NCBI GenBank assembly: GCA_001642005.1
Contig: LWCA01000279.1
Coordinates: 1 to 34,321 of the forward strand
From: Intoshia linei
Lineage: Eukaryota; Animalia; Orthonectida
DNA: 34,321 nt
Reading direction: 5' to 3'
The stretch's first letter is position 1; every line of letters begins with the position of its first letter. A program made the translations under genes and the position numbers. The notes below the pieces were generated by a model. That model did not search any database. It was not told where the DNA came from and saw nothing but the letters and a program-made list of their open reading frames with translations. Of the stretch, positions 11,401 through 24,573 are shown piece after piece.

Positions 11401-14400
11401 GGGAGTATTTACCAATTGCTCGTAAACTTATTTACTACGACTTTAAAAAACATATTCTAAAAAGGTAGGTAAGGTCAGCTAGGCATCCAAGTTTTTGCAA
11501 TATTTTATTTATATTTACATTGATTTTTATTCATGGTATCACAAAAATTATATTAAAAAGGGAAAATCTTACATTTTATTTAAAAATCTAAAACCGTCTT
11601 ACTGTAATAATTACCGATTTATACCCAGGCCCGTGGAGAGACAAACAATGGACCGGACGAAACGATAATGACAGGACTATAAAAATTAAAAAAGTTTTGG
11701 TTCCTCTATTCATTTTTTAATCCAGGTAACCAACTTTTTTTTGTAGGCAACTCTGTTAGAGTAAAATAATTTCTTACCGTCATACAAAAATTTTTTCTAA
11801 ATCGAATATTAATTAGAATAGTTAACTATGTCATATGGCCACAAGCCCTCCACGACTCTGGTTATAACTTATAATTATATGATAATTATTCCTAATAGGC
11901 TTATAACGTGGGAGATCAGTTTGATTTCTTTATGTAATGGGATTAATGTTAATTCTAATGATCATATTGGATCAATAATCAATAAAAGATACGATTGTAA
12001 ACTTATTTTTGAAACTACAGATATTATTGACAAATTATCATACACCTTTTTACATGATAATTCTATACTCATACCAGAAAAATGCCACGGAAATCAAATT
12101 ATATTTAGTCATTTAAATAACAACCAAGCTCATGTTATCAACTATGTAGATGGTATATTTTCAATTACATTTGTATACATCAACAATTACATAATGCTGG
12201 TCCGTTGAATAATTTACCGGTTTGTGCAAATTTTTTTAAATTAATCATTTATTAATGTTTTTGGTATACGACAATTATTAAATTTATATATTTTTTTTAA
12301 TTTTGTTTACAATAATTATAATTATTGTTTTGTTAATAATTTGTAGTACATTATATAATCTATATAAAAATAATAGTTAGAAACTTTCAACTAAAAAATT
12401 ACCAAAAAGGTTAAACGTTGAGAATAGCTGATATATGACAGGGTGGAAAACCTGAGACTTTAAAAAGACTAAAATTTAAATTCTGCTAATGAACACTTGA
12501 AAATGTTAGTCGAAAAATTGTTTCAATTAGGAAGGGTAATCGATACAAATTTATATGGTTAATTAGCAGTAAATATATTTTTATCGGTAATTTTTTTTAT
12601 AACCATTTATAACGGTAAATCCGTGTTTATGAAATAATTTAGTTAAAAATGTATGTCTGTTTATTTATTTGTTCCAGTTTATTTAAGAAAGTAAGTGGAC
12701 TAGAGTTTTAAGAATACCCATTTCTAATAGATTTTTTCGAGGATGATGTTTTATAGCAAATTTCATTTTCAGAAATTGAGTCCTTCAAGGTCAAAATACT
12801 TAAGTATCCTTTTTTTAAAATTCAAACGATTCCTAGAATTATAAAAAATAAATACAATATGTAGTTATATAAATTTTAAAATCTTATATCTTCAAGCCCA
12901 AAATCCCAAATTACCTTTTTAGTAAAATTGAAAAAACCCTAGAATTTTATACAACATAAATTGTGGGATAGGTTTTTTAATCATAAACATTATACTAAAT
13001 AAAAAAGAGTATTTTCACTATCAAAACCCAGATTACCTTTTTTTTACAAAATGAAAATAGTCCTAGAATTTTAAAATAAATTACAGTTGATACAGTTATA
13101 TCCATAATTAATAAATAAATTAAGCACACACAAAAAATATTAAAAATATTAAACACGTTAATAGGTGAATTGTCAATTTTTGAAAGACAATATTATAATA
13201 ATAACAACCGATAATGTAAACAAGATATACCCGCACTGAGAAGTATCAAACTCTAGAATCATAACTAGATGATCATTGATGAATATATTCTAAGTGTAAT
13301 ACTACAGTGTAATATATTTTAGGCACCTATATTCGAAATATTAAAATCGAAAAAAATTGTCTCATAAAAGCAATTTCACAAAATGCCGATTACTACATTA
13401 TTGCAAATAGTGTGTATAATAGAAGCAAAATCAAATTAGTAATTAATTTGTATCATCGTAAAAGTTTTCTTTTTGTGAAAAGATTATATGGATGCGAGAA
13501 TGAAATGTGCATAAATAGAATACATATCACTGATCAAGACACTCATATTGTGGCCGTCATAACAAATCATAATGTTCGTCAATTTACAGAAATTATAAGG
13601 TTATTGATTAATATTAATTATTATAATAATATTATTAAATGTAATATATAAAACTTTTTTTTAGTTTTAATATAAAGACATCGGAACATAGTCATATCAA
13701 TAGATATGATGGTGATTATTCCGATTCTATCACTTACCAGAATGATTTTGCACTATCTCTTAAAAATGATATTAAAGTCATGTTTGTAGGTTTGAAAAAT
13801 AAACTTGATCGAAAAATCCGGCAAAATGATTGCAAAATGTTTGCAATGTATAGTATCGAACCGTAATATATTTTACATATAAAAATCCATCAGTTTGTAT
13901 AAAATTATTTGATTCTATTCTTCTAGATTTACACAAAATGAAATGTATATAATAACAAAATCTTGCGACACTAGTAATATAAAGATTTTTTCTTTACAAA
14001 ATTTGTTACCTTTAATTGAAAATAAACACACATTGTTTGACATAGAAATGAAACCAATAATGGAAATTTCCAAACTCGTGGAAAAGGAGTCTATAATTCT
14101 TAATTTAAATAATAAATTAATAATATTAACTGAAAAAGGTTTTAAAAACTACTATGAAGGACAAGTAAGAAAAAGTGTATTTACTAAAATAGTAAGTTTC
14201 AATAAATCAAAATAAAATAAAATTTAGTTGACGTACAACACAGAAAACAAAAAATTTGAAAATATTGCAAAACATTGTGATATTCCAATTTACAATTTTC
14301 AAGATTACTTTTGTTTAGAAAATACAATTTTCGGTTTTTCTGATAAACGCAATTCAATTATAGCGTGGAACATTGTATAAATTAAATTATATAATTATTA

Positions 14401-15496
14401 TATTAAAATTTAGAAAAATGGAAAAATCTGTGGGAATTTGAGACCCATTTTCAAATATAAAATTGACCAAGGAAATGAAAACAAATCAGAGGAACAATCA
14501 TCACAGATTCGATTTAAAAATATAGCAAAAGATGTAATTTTAAATATATCAACTAAAACGAGATCAGTAAGAAATAAATCGAAAGTGGTTAATAAATTAT
14601 ACATTAACGAAAAAAACAATGTAATTGAAAATATTGCGATAAGCAAGGACAAATCAATACTTATAATTTCATATAATGCTCATTTCATGTGCGTTTACGA
14701 TTTACATCTTGTCAAAAATGTAACTACATTGCAATGTAGTTATACAACATTACATTTGTACATATATGCCCTAACAGACAATGGTTCATTCTTAGCCCAC
14801 AGTGCATTCGACCAAGTTGAAAAAATACCATTTATATTAGTCTGGAACACAAAAACTGGAAGATCTATTTATCGTCTTCAGAACCAAGTCAATTTGGCGT
14901 GTATGTCATTGAAAATTATTTTAAACGAGAAAAGTCATAGTGATTCTGAAGAAAAATATGAACCATCAAAAAATATTCATTCGTCCAGTGATAATACGAA
15001 GGAGGACGAAATGGAGAACGTATACCCTATAAGCCAAAATATAGTATTGCAATTGGTGTTTGGTAAACAATTTAACACCTTAGTCGTATCAAAATTTATG
15101 CATTCACCTCTTAATGATTCTTCTAATAATAAAGATGAATTTAAATCTACAGAGAACAGGCATTTACAATTTTTTGATAATTTTAAATCTGTTGCAATTG
15201 GAGGCAAAGATGGACAATGTAAAATTATTCAAAAGAAATTGAGAAATGAAGCAATTGTTTTTTCAACCAATTTGTCAATATGGAATTTAGTAAATTTAGA
15301 AATAATTACCATGATTAGTCTTATAAATCCTATATATTCTCCAAGGTTGATTTTAAATGACACCGTCATAATTTTTGGTCAGTTAAATGAAAAAAATCCA
15401 GTATTTATCAAACTATGTTATTGCAATGAAAATGTTTTCTTAGAAGCTAGTCATCAATTAAAAATCTCTTCAAAACTATACCAAATAAAATTATAA
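2494..15496 (+). CDS. NACHT and WD40 repeat domain-containing protein (NWD1/NWD2-like), ~22 exons, ~2100 aa
   Basis: Manual splicing keeps one open frame. Approximate exons: 2494-2571, 2693-3254, 3296-3367, 3404-3522, 3565-3706, 3886-3935, 4732-4880, 5075-5202, 5252-5463, 5537-5757, 6831-6994, 8850-9009, 9070-9163, 9320-10546, 10592-10757, 10792-11347, 11899-12151, 13323-13599, 13665-13847, 13927-14190, 14227-14375, 14414-15496. N-terminal DUF4062-like motifs (IGIFVSS..DTIFER; GINFINLLSNKYG..LP; FYEIDNNNIPKIYKL). Walker A GKSGYGKT (6934-6957), Walker B IIILDGLN (9130-9153), post-NACHT motif LGWLVLSEDGLS. C-terminal WD40 repeats (IASEDNSIYMWNL; ILVWNTKTG; GGKDGQCKI). The start codon is inferred. 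Confidence 0.88.
5963..6796. mobile_element. Tc1/mariner (pogo/Tigger-type) non-autonomous element in an NWD intron
   Basis: TA flanks at 5961-5962 and 6797-6798. Imperfect TIRs CAGTGAAGCATCCACTATTCGC / GCAAACAGTGGAGGCTTTACTT (about 17/22). Subterminal TATTCGC repeats. Confidence 0.65.
7014..7204. mobile_element. Tigger/pogo-type MITE (191 bp)
   Basis: TA flanks on both sides. TIRs CAGTCAATTCTGTTCTATATGAACAT / ATGTTCATATAGAACAGAATCGACTG match 25/26. Internal ATGAAC repeats. Confidence 0.9.
7321..8244. mobile_element. hAT (Buster/Charlie-type) non-autonomous element, 924 bp
   Basis: Exact 8-bp TSD GATTAGAA (7313-7320 and 8245-8252). TIRs CAGGGGTGCACAA / TTTTGCACTCCTG match 11/13. Subterminal GTGCGGCCGT near both ends. 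Confidence 0.85.
7740..7905. repeat. Degenerate ~30/60 bp minisatellite inside the hAT element
   Basis: ATTGGTAAAAG(C/A)GATTT..TTCCTTAAGGGTT(T/A)GTAAAA is repeated at ~7745 and ~7804. Similar decayed units lie at ~4580-4670. Confidence 0.55.
12791..13100. repeat. Degenerate tandem repeat, ~3 units of ~110-120 bp, in an NWD intron
   Basis: The core CCTTTTT..AAAAT(T)(G/C)AAA..CCTAGAATT recurs at ~12808, ~12914 and ~13036. Confidence 0.55.
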
Positions 15497-15703
15497 ATGA
15501 ATAATAAAATATTTTGTAGTTTATTAAATTTTATTAATATAGTTTTATGCATTTTATGGAAATTTTTATCGCACAAAATTAATAAAATCAACGTATACTT
15601 ACATTTACCCGAAAAGGCATGAGAATAACTAAAAATATAATTTTAACGAAATAAACAAACAGTCAATATTTAATGTTATACATATTGCTTCATTTATCAT
15701 CCA

Positions 15704-18700
15704 TTAATCTGTGTTAATAAAGACCTAAATATTAAAAATAGAAATTATTACACCAAAACCAATATATAATATATATAAATAATGTATGGTAAGATCAAAA
15801 AAAATAAACATATTAATTCTGATGAAATAGTATTATTACCGATTTTGTTTGACAATAATTTTTTAAACCCTCTTTGCCAAGTTCTCTTCCCACACCAGAA
15901 TCTTTATATCCTCCAAATGGAGAAAGTACTGATAAAACGTTGTAACAATTTATCCTATGTTAAAAATGTATACATGTATTACTAATATATTTACCAAACT
16001 GTGCCTGCTTTTAATTGTTTGCCAACTACAATATTAGTTATATCAAAATTTCTAATGGCAGAACCAATCTGCATGGTGGTTCAAAAGTGTTACCATCATT
16101 GCTGGTAATAATTTTATTACCAGCAAAATAAAAAAATTACATTATTTTTGTAAAGTACATTATTTCAGAATTGCCCCTTGTCGTGATTTTATCGCGAAAC
16201 CTAGATGACCGCTAAATTATTATTTCACAAATCACACTTTTATGCCATCATTAATAATATTTAATAAAAAATACTTAAAGCTCTTTATGTAAAAATCCAC
16301 GTTTTCCAATGTTACAAAAAACCTTGTGAAAAAACCTCAAATCCAACCACAAAATAAAAAGCCAACATTTTAACTATCATAATTGAAAAAAATTCCTCTT
16401 TCCGAGTACTTTGTTCTTAGCATTAAAAATTTCTGAGACTCACAAGCGTCATTGTATTCCGTTTAAATTTTATAAAATAGTCATTTATATATTTTAAAAA
16501 AATTGCTGGTACCAGCAAACGACCAACCTTGGCCATTATCGATATTACCCAAAAGTAAAAAATAGAAATTGACACCTTTTTCTATACGTAGAGTGGGATT
16601 ATCTTGATAAGATTACTTTTTTGACGGGAATAAATATGAACATTAATTATGCAACAAAAAGAACTGACATTAAACATAAAACTTAAATACATACTTACAT
16701 ACATTAAATTTATTTTATTTATTTATTTTTTTTTGGACCTAATAACTACACTTACGTACTAATGTAAATATTAAGTAATTTTACTAATATAATTCAATTT
16801 GATTAAAAATTGGGTTTTAAAATGTTTAATATATTTTCTATTTGTTCAATCACAGACTTATTAATTAATAATATTTAATATATATTACATACTAGCCATT
16901 CTCAACGGGGTCCATGAAAAATATATACATATATTAGATATTATAGACATTTTCTGTAATATAAAGTCGCTTTTAAAACATAAAGGCTCAGAAATACTAA
17001 TATAAAACGTGCAAATCATGTAAAAGTAAATTCTTTGGTATTAAATTAAATTACTTACAAGTGTAAAAACTTATTGGGAAACCTCCATTGTTCTATTTTA
17101 GGAGCAGCGGTTTTATTTAATTACTTTATTAAAATTTATGACCGAGCCAAGTTTCTAGTCATAAAAAAAGCTTTAAATTTCATATTGAAAATGGGACAAA
17201 AAATCAGTCAATATTTATGATTCTATGAAACATCAACCAAGGGATATAAAATATTAATTTTTCACATGGAAGATAGATAATATAGACTTTTTATTGATCT
17301 GATAAAATATGTAGTAAACAATTAATAATGTACTGTAAACAATACCTGAAAAACATGTTCTATTTTGGGAACATTGACGGGTTAACGGTTAATATTAATA
17401 GTTTATTATCTCAAAAAAATCAAGTACTCCATGTCTTTTGACCATCATTCGTTTCACACAAATGTAATCATTCATTCAAAATTGTCATTATTATTAATTT
17501 TTTTGGGGGTCCACAGCGAAAAAGGGTTGAGAATTATATCAAGACCTTTATATACTGTGAATTTTGGCCATCAAATAAATAATAATAATAATTAAATTTT
17601 ATGATGAAAAATACATGTAGTATAAATCAATCAATCAACTTATTTCAGTTTGTGGACCTTTGAAATAGTCTGATCTGTCACTCTTAATATGTATAAAAGA
17701 ATCAATTATACAAAATCATTTTCTACCGAGGCATTTAGATTTTGGAAAAGCACACTGTTAAACATTGCAATATTCAGTACTAATAAAATATGAATTCAGA
17801 TTTCATTTCTGCATTAATACTCCAAAATGATGAAAGAATTAACAATTAATATAAATAATGCATATAAAATCCAAATTTCTCCGTGGACCCAGAAGTTTAC
17901 ACGGACCATGCTGAGAAATGCTGATATAAATTAATCTATTCTGAATGAAATGTTTGTTTAAGAAATATACCCCTTAAAGCTTTGGTAAAATTTTCAGACT
18001 GTACACCTGCAGCGAGACCATAATTGGAATTGTTTGCTCTTGCAATTACTTCTTCCTCTGTTTTAAATTTTAGAATACTCATTACTGGTCCAAATATTTC
18101 TTCCTTGCAAATTCTCATATCATCAGATACATTTCCAAACACTGTAGGGTTAATATAATAACCTTTTTCGCCATTTTGTGTGCCACCTGCTAATAAATCA
18201 GCACCACCTTTTTTCCCGTGTTGTATAAATTCCATGACTTGGGTAAATTGATTTTTATCAACCTTGTTTGATTAGAAATATTTATAAATTATTTTTACCA
18301 AGGGTCCATGATTTGTTTCCAATTTTAAGGGATTTCCAACTACTCCTTTATTAACTTTTTCAATCATTCTTTCCACAAATTGATCGTACATGTTTTCTTG
18401 CACAAATACTCGCGTACCAGCACAACAACATTGACCTTCATTGAAAAATACACCAGTATGACAAGCGTCTACAGCCTTTTCTACTAAATTAATTATTTTT
18501 GGATAAATAATTATTACAATTTGCATCATCGAAGACAATATTTGCAGATTTCCCACCCAATTCTAAAGTAAGTGGTTTTATGGCACATTCAGATAGATAA
18601 TTTTGAATTTTATGTGCAACCTATGAACAATTATTAATTTAGAGATTTCAAAATTTTACCTCAAGTGATCCAGTAAACGCTACTTTGTCTATTAAAGGAT

Positions 18701-20897
18701 GTCGTACTAGCATTTCTCCGGTTTCACCGTAACCATTTAATATATTAACTACTCCTGGTGGAAAGCCAGCCTAAGTATGAAAAATAATTGAGTATAAACC
18801 ATCTATGTAACCTGTTTAATTAAATCGGCAATATATAAAGCAGTCAAAGGTGTTTGTTCAGCGGTTTTCATAACAATTGTATTACCAGTACAGAGAGCGG
18901 GTCCTAATTTCCATGCTTGCATTAGCAATGGAAAATTCCACTAGTTTTATTAAAATTGAATGTAAAAACATTATACTGGAATAATTTGAGCACAAACACC
19001 GATTGGTTCCTTCAATGTCATTGAAAATGTTCCTTCTGTATTTATATTATAGTCATTATTAATTTTTTATACCGTCTGGGTTAGTTTTACCACAAATTTT
19101 GTTAGCCCAACCAGCATAATAACTAAAATAATGTTAAATCAAAATTGGATAATTCAATTAATTTTAATATTTAAAAAAACCGATAACAATCTGCTGTATA
19201 ATTGACATCCACATTGTATGCATTATTGTATAGTTTTCCATTATTAATAGTTTCTAACGAAGCCAATTCAGTTTTATTTTGTTGGATCAAATCTGCAAGC
19301 TTATTCAATAAATGTCCTCGTTCTGTTGGAGTTACCTTGCTCCAAGCGTTACCGTGTCTACCTGCTTCATGTGCTGCAGAAACAGCATTATTTACGTCAT
19401 TCTGAAATTTATAAATCTAGTCATTATATTAATTTACCTGTGAGGCTTCGTAAACATCACTAATTTTAATTTCATTTATTGGACTTATTACTGGGAACAC
19501 CTTACCATTTTCTGATTTAACAAATTCATTATTGATAAATAGCTAAACATTGTTATCAAAAAATTGTTTAGTAAAAAATTTTTTAAATCATACATTACAT
19601 TGTAATATATTATAACATAATGATTATACTATCAGAATTAATATTATACATATTATTATTGAATATTGCATAGATAAATCAATTTTTTTATTAATAATAA
19701 TAAATTATAATTAATAAAAATATTATAAATATTAATAAAACGTTGGAATAATATATTGTGCGGATTTTGTAAGAAATTGTTAATTTATAAAGAATTTATC
19801 AAACTTAGAGATGGTGCAAAAAGTATAAATAACTACCTAATATCGGCTAGTGTTTAGCCCAGTGGTTCCCAAAGTGGCCCACAGGAAATTCTAGGTGGCT
19901 CACAAGAAAAATTTTAAATAACATGAATATAACCTTTTTTTTACAATTTGTTAATAATAATAATAAATTAGAATTGTATCGATCATTTATTTAACTAATA
20001 ATATTATTATTATTAGTGAACGTAAACATCATTTAATCAAAATGAAGTGAAAATTTATTCAATAATGTGAATAATTTTCACATGCGTTAAATTTAATCTA
20101 TGTAACGATTTAACTTAGTTCGATTGTAGTTTCCGGAATCGAACCTAGCAAGCTCGTCGCCATTTCAAAAATGAAAAATAGCCCATGAAAAAATTTTGTA
20201 AACAAATTATAATATCATATAACCCTATTCACCTTTCTAAGACTCTTGAGTTGACATTTTAAATTTAATACTCAAATTAGTTGATATTCAAGAATTTTTT
20301 TAATGCTAAATTTAATAAGTTAAAGCCTCCATTTTGTGACAAGTGGTCCATGGTGGAAAAAATTTGGGAACCACTGGTCTAGCCGATGAATAAAAATCGC
20401 GCAGCATGTATGACACTAGTTTATAAAATGTACAATGCAATTTATAATTTGAAAATGAACATTTAACTCTTTCATTGTCTGATACAATTTTATGATGCAT
20501 CACCACGTCTAGAATTTATATTTTTTAATTTAAACTTGTATTATTTTTAAATTACCTATGTGAAAATGTATGAAAATAAAAGAATAAAGTTTTTCAAAGT
20601 TATGCTGTGTATATCATAGAATATACAGACGTGTGAAGTGAAATTGCTGTGTATAATATATAATACACAGATGTACATGTGTATTAAGATTTAGTTACTT
20701 TTTTAATGCAGCATGATTTAATATATAATAATGTATTCAACATTAAATATACAAACCTCATTGAACTTTGGAGTGACAGATTTTGGTGATGGAATTTCCT
20801 GACACAGAAAATTGGAACTTGAAAAATTTCGTAAACTTGAATTTACTTGGGAACATTTAGTTAACTGTCGAGTTTTATGCACAATCCTGGTAAACAT
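15704..20897 (-). CDS. ALDH2: Mitochondrial aldehyde dehydrogenase (ALDH1/2 family, ALDH2-like), 13 exons, 520 aa
   Basis: Exons: 20897-20757, 19542-19438, 19401-19181, 19122-19073, 19035-18977, 18940-18812, 18770-18660, 18620-18518, 18483-18299, 18262-17971, 16025-15995, 15954-15840, 15724-15704. These sum to 1563 nt in frame. The R/S-rich, acid-free N-terminus ([28 protein letters not shown]) looks like a mitochondrial presequence. Motifs: IIPWNFP, FTGS, LELGGK (catalytic Glu), GQCCCAG (catalytic Cys), [15 protein letters not shown]. Confidence 0.95.
16072..16531. mobile_element. Probable decayed MITE carrying TTGCTGGTA palindromes
   Basis: Weak termini CATGGTGGTTC / GACCAACCTTG. Palindromic TTGCTGGTA..TACCAGCAA lies near both ends (16099-16126, 16503-16518). 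No TSD. Confidence 0.4.
16893..17535. mobile_element. Degraded hAT-type MITE in ALDH intron 10
   Basis: Left end TAGCCATTCTCAAC-GGGGTCCA; right end GGGGGTCCAC..AAGGGTTGAGAAT (ATTCTCAAC / GTTGAGAAT inverted). The extreme right terminus is eroded. Confidence 0.5.
19860..20376. mobile_element. hAT (Buster/Charlie-type) MITE, 517 bp, in ALDH intron 1
   Basis: Perfect 14-bp TIRs CAGTGGTTCCCAAA / TTTGGGAACCACTG. TSD GTTTAGCC / GTCTAGCC matches 7/8. Confidence 0.9.
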
Positions 20898-23800
20898 GTC
20901 TATAATTTTATGTTTAAAATTTAAGCTTTGTAATGAACTATGTAATAAATGGTATCATTTAGCTCTGGTTACACTACAATAAATATTCTCAAATAAACTC
21001 ATTCTCCCTTTTTTAGCTAATCATCCAATTTATCATTTTATCGCTTATTATTATTTGTATATTATACTGCAATATTTTAATTTAAGTTTGAAAATACTTA
21101 ACGGAACCTAAACTGAAACTATTGTTTTAGATATTGGAATCTGAAGTTTAATTAAAAGTTAAATATTATAAATAACTAAAAATTTTCAACAAAAATTTAA
21201 AAAAAATCAAAAAATAATGGTAGTAGGATAATTCCAATGCTAGTGACCACATTTGGATTCTATAATCATTATGGCATACAAAAATAATTCAATAATAATT
21301 TCGTGTTACATGGAAAATTGTCTCTGTAATAATTAAATTACCTGTATATGAATAAATAACCTTTAAAATGAAACAAAATATGTATTTTGAAAAGTAACAG
21401 ATAACAGCTGATACAATACTTTTTTATTTACAAATACTTATTATACTAAAAGCTTTTATATTTACAATTGAATGTTAATAAAAACTTTTAATTTAAAGCC
21501 AGCTTAACTGTTCACTATTTAAAAAAAATCTTATTTATTTCACTTACTACAATCAATTCATTCACTTATTTATTATCAATATTTATTCACTTCAACCAAT
21601 CTTTTAAAGGAGTGATTCCCAAACTTTTTTTACGATGAACCGGTCATTTCACATTATATTAAATGTAAATCATTTTTCCCACTTAATTTTATTTTGTATA
21701 TCCACATTTAAGTATAAAATTTTGTGATCCAGTTTTTTTAATTTATTAAAACAATGAGTTTATAATCTTAAAATCAAAATAAAAGCATACAATACTAAAA
21801 ATCGTCATAAATGACGTAAATTCCAGAAAAAATTAAATAGTAAATACCTGTAGTATTTTCTTGTGACAAAATGTGATGGAATATCCTTAGTATCTGCTTT
21901 CGATATGTAAAAAATATTTTTCATCAATAATTAACGGATTGAGCCCATTTATAAAAATTTTTCGATAAAGGGATGTAAATTAAAGCGTTAACTTTTTAGT
22001 CGAATTTTAGAAATATATATTATACATGACCGTCTAGTATCAGTAATATCCTATAAATCACATCTATAATTTTTTTTTAAAATAATGATAAAAAGTCCGG
22101 CCACCTTTCACTTTGAAAAATTACACATTTTATTATGAACGATTGTTTATTATTTCTATGTATTTATATATTTTTAAGTTTATTAATTGTATCATTGACT
22201 AGTTAATCGTCAATATACTTAAATGAGGATCTATTTCATCGGTATTGTACTCTGTTTAGTGCACGCTCAGAAACCTCATTGTTAGAGAAACTTGAACAGG
22301 TGGTACCGACAAATATAAAAATTGTTTTAAAAAACATGTGCAATATTTGCATCTTTTGGGTAAAACAGAAAGGAACATTTCTGATCCCAAAAAAAGGTAG
22401 TCTTGTATAAAACCATTTTTTCTTACACAGTTTCATTAATCCAACAATGTATTGGAAATAAATTTTAGGTAACCGCGCTGTTTTTGATGGATGAGGAGGT
22501 GGTAATTCTTCTATATGAGAGCTGCAGTGTTCGATGCTATTTTTTAATGCAAGTTTACACCAATTTACATCTTCTCTATAGTTGGTAAAAAAATAATCTT
22601 AGATTTCAAATTTGTTCGATCGATTTGATCGAAATGCATCACTTTTTTCAGATTTGCACGTCGTTTAAAATTTAAAGCCGATAAAATTTAATCGTTTAAA
22701 ACCCTTCTACGAGGGTGATTTCAGTACTTCCAAACCTCCCATTGATTTCATTGTCACTTTTATCAACAGATACTTATAATAAGATCCATCTGTGTCAATT
22801 TCACCTTCTTCCAATGCTTGATTATCCCTCTAAATATAAATAATTAAATTTTTAAATAAAGCTGGATTTTCGAATAAGAATAAATAGAGTAGAATATGAT
22901 ATGATATATGATAATTATAGAGCAATAAAAAATCAAAATAAATATAATCATTGCATTTAGATTATATAATAATTTTCCTTGTAATCCCGTCAATTTACTG
23001 TTACCATCCAACATCTGTATAGACGGCGCTATTACAGGTCTGAATTACACGACGAAGTGTTTCAGGAAGACTTTTATAAGTTAGTTAAGTAAGAAAGTTA
23101 TAAGTTACAATCCAAAAGTATACATCATTTATTCAAAAATTTAAATTTTTAATTTCATTATCTACATATAATTGCTTGAGTTATGGCAGTTATGACGCCA
23201 ATTAAGAAAAAGGGAAAAGCGCAAAAAAACCTTAAAATTCAAAAAGGGTAGATGCTTTTACGGTCATCTTTTCATGGGTTTTCAAGTACCCTCAAGATAA
23301 GCAAATTTTGTCGAATAGAAAAGCCCAAATATATATTAGTGGTGTCAATTTTAGTAGTTTTTTTAGAAATTTTATGGTGTAGAAACGGATAAAGTGGCGT
23401 ATGATAGTTTTATGGCTTCACTGAAAATAATGATGTAAATTAACTTAATTATGTAATGGTTCGAAGATATCGGTCTGATTAAACACAAGGTAAGGTTATA
23501 ACCCTGCAGTTCAAGGTCCATTATAAAAGTATTGTAAATCATGGTCAAGCTCGACGGATGACTTTGGCAAAAAAAGACTAATGGTTAGATTGATCTTCTT
23601 AGATGCAAGTTTGGGTGGTTTGTGTGGTGTGGCACTCACTAGATTTGCTATAAGTCCATTTCCTGATCCAATTACTGAATCCTTAACTTTTTGGACGTTA
23701 TTAAAGGATTAACTCACTAGATCCTGATATAGTTAGAATATCGATTGAGGCTGGAAACCCTCAGATTAAAATTTTTGAATTCAGTGATTTCAATTTGTTA

Positions 23801-24256
23801 GAAACTCCATCTGCTTTAAACACAATAGGATATAGCAGCCCTGTTACTCTCATTAAGAATCAAGTAAAATTGAATCTTCAACAAAACTCTCATAAGATAA
23901 AAAACAAAGAAATTAAGGAATGTATTGAGATGACAAGAGGACATGAAAGTGACTACATACAGTATTTTAGTAGTATTACACCTTTGTTTCCTAGATTTTT
24001 GAGTACATTTTATCAAGCCACCATATTTGGACATATTAATAGTATTTACGGTCTGTTACAAAATGTATTTATTGGATGACTCAGACTTATTACAAATGAC
24101 CATTGGTGGTGAACTTGTAAACGTTAGGTTTGGCGTTGCTAAAACAGTTTGGGACACTGCGACTACTCAGAATATACTATTTTGGGCCAAAATCTTTAAA
24201 AAATCAATGATTATGACGCTCTAAGATGTATTGCAAAAATGAATATCGATCTAGAG

Positions 24257-24573
24257 CAGGGGTCGGCAACCAGTGGGCCAAAAGTGAACCACAAAATAAT
24301 TTTGGTGGCCCTATGAGTAAATGTGTGAATTATTTATTTTTAAATTTTTCAACTTTAAAACACCGTTTTAAACATTTTCTACTATAATTTTCTCATTATC
24401 ATCTTAATACAGAATTTTCAGATCGTCCCGAATTTTATTTTGTTGAATATACAGAAACGATTCTCTTTAGTTAAAATTGAAATCTATGATGTGTAAATTT
24501 TCAAAAACGGGGCCAATATAATTTTTTGATATAAAAAAGTGGCCCACGAGATGCAAAAGGTTACCGACCCCTT
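24257..24573. mobile_element. hAT (Buster/Charlie-type) MITE, 317 bp
   Basis: TIRs CAGGGGTCGGCAACC / GGTTACCGACCCCTT match 13/15. TSD ATCTAGAG / CTCTAGAG matches 7/8. Subterminal GGGCCA/GGCCC motifs. Confidence 0.88.

Noticed and set aside
14410-15207. Minus-strand ORFs 14410-14652 and 14977-15207
   Set aside because: Antisense shadows of the last NWD exon.
15840-15865. Gln at the position of ALDH2 Glu487 (YCQTKS)
   Set aside because: Gln occurs at this position in other active ALDH1/2 enzymes; it is not the inactivating Lys.
15782-19405. Plus-strand ORFs 15782-15985 and 19202-19405
   Set aside because: Antisense shadows of ALDH exons.
20115-20165. tRNA-like GGTTCGATTCC (B-box/T-loop) on the minus strand
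   Set aside because: No full T-stem, cloverleaf or convincing A-box, and it lies inside a hAT MITE.
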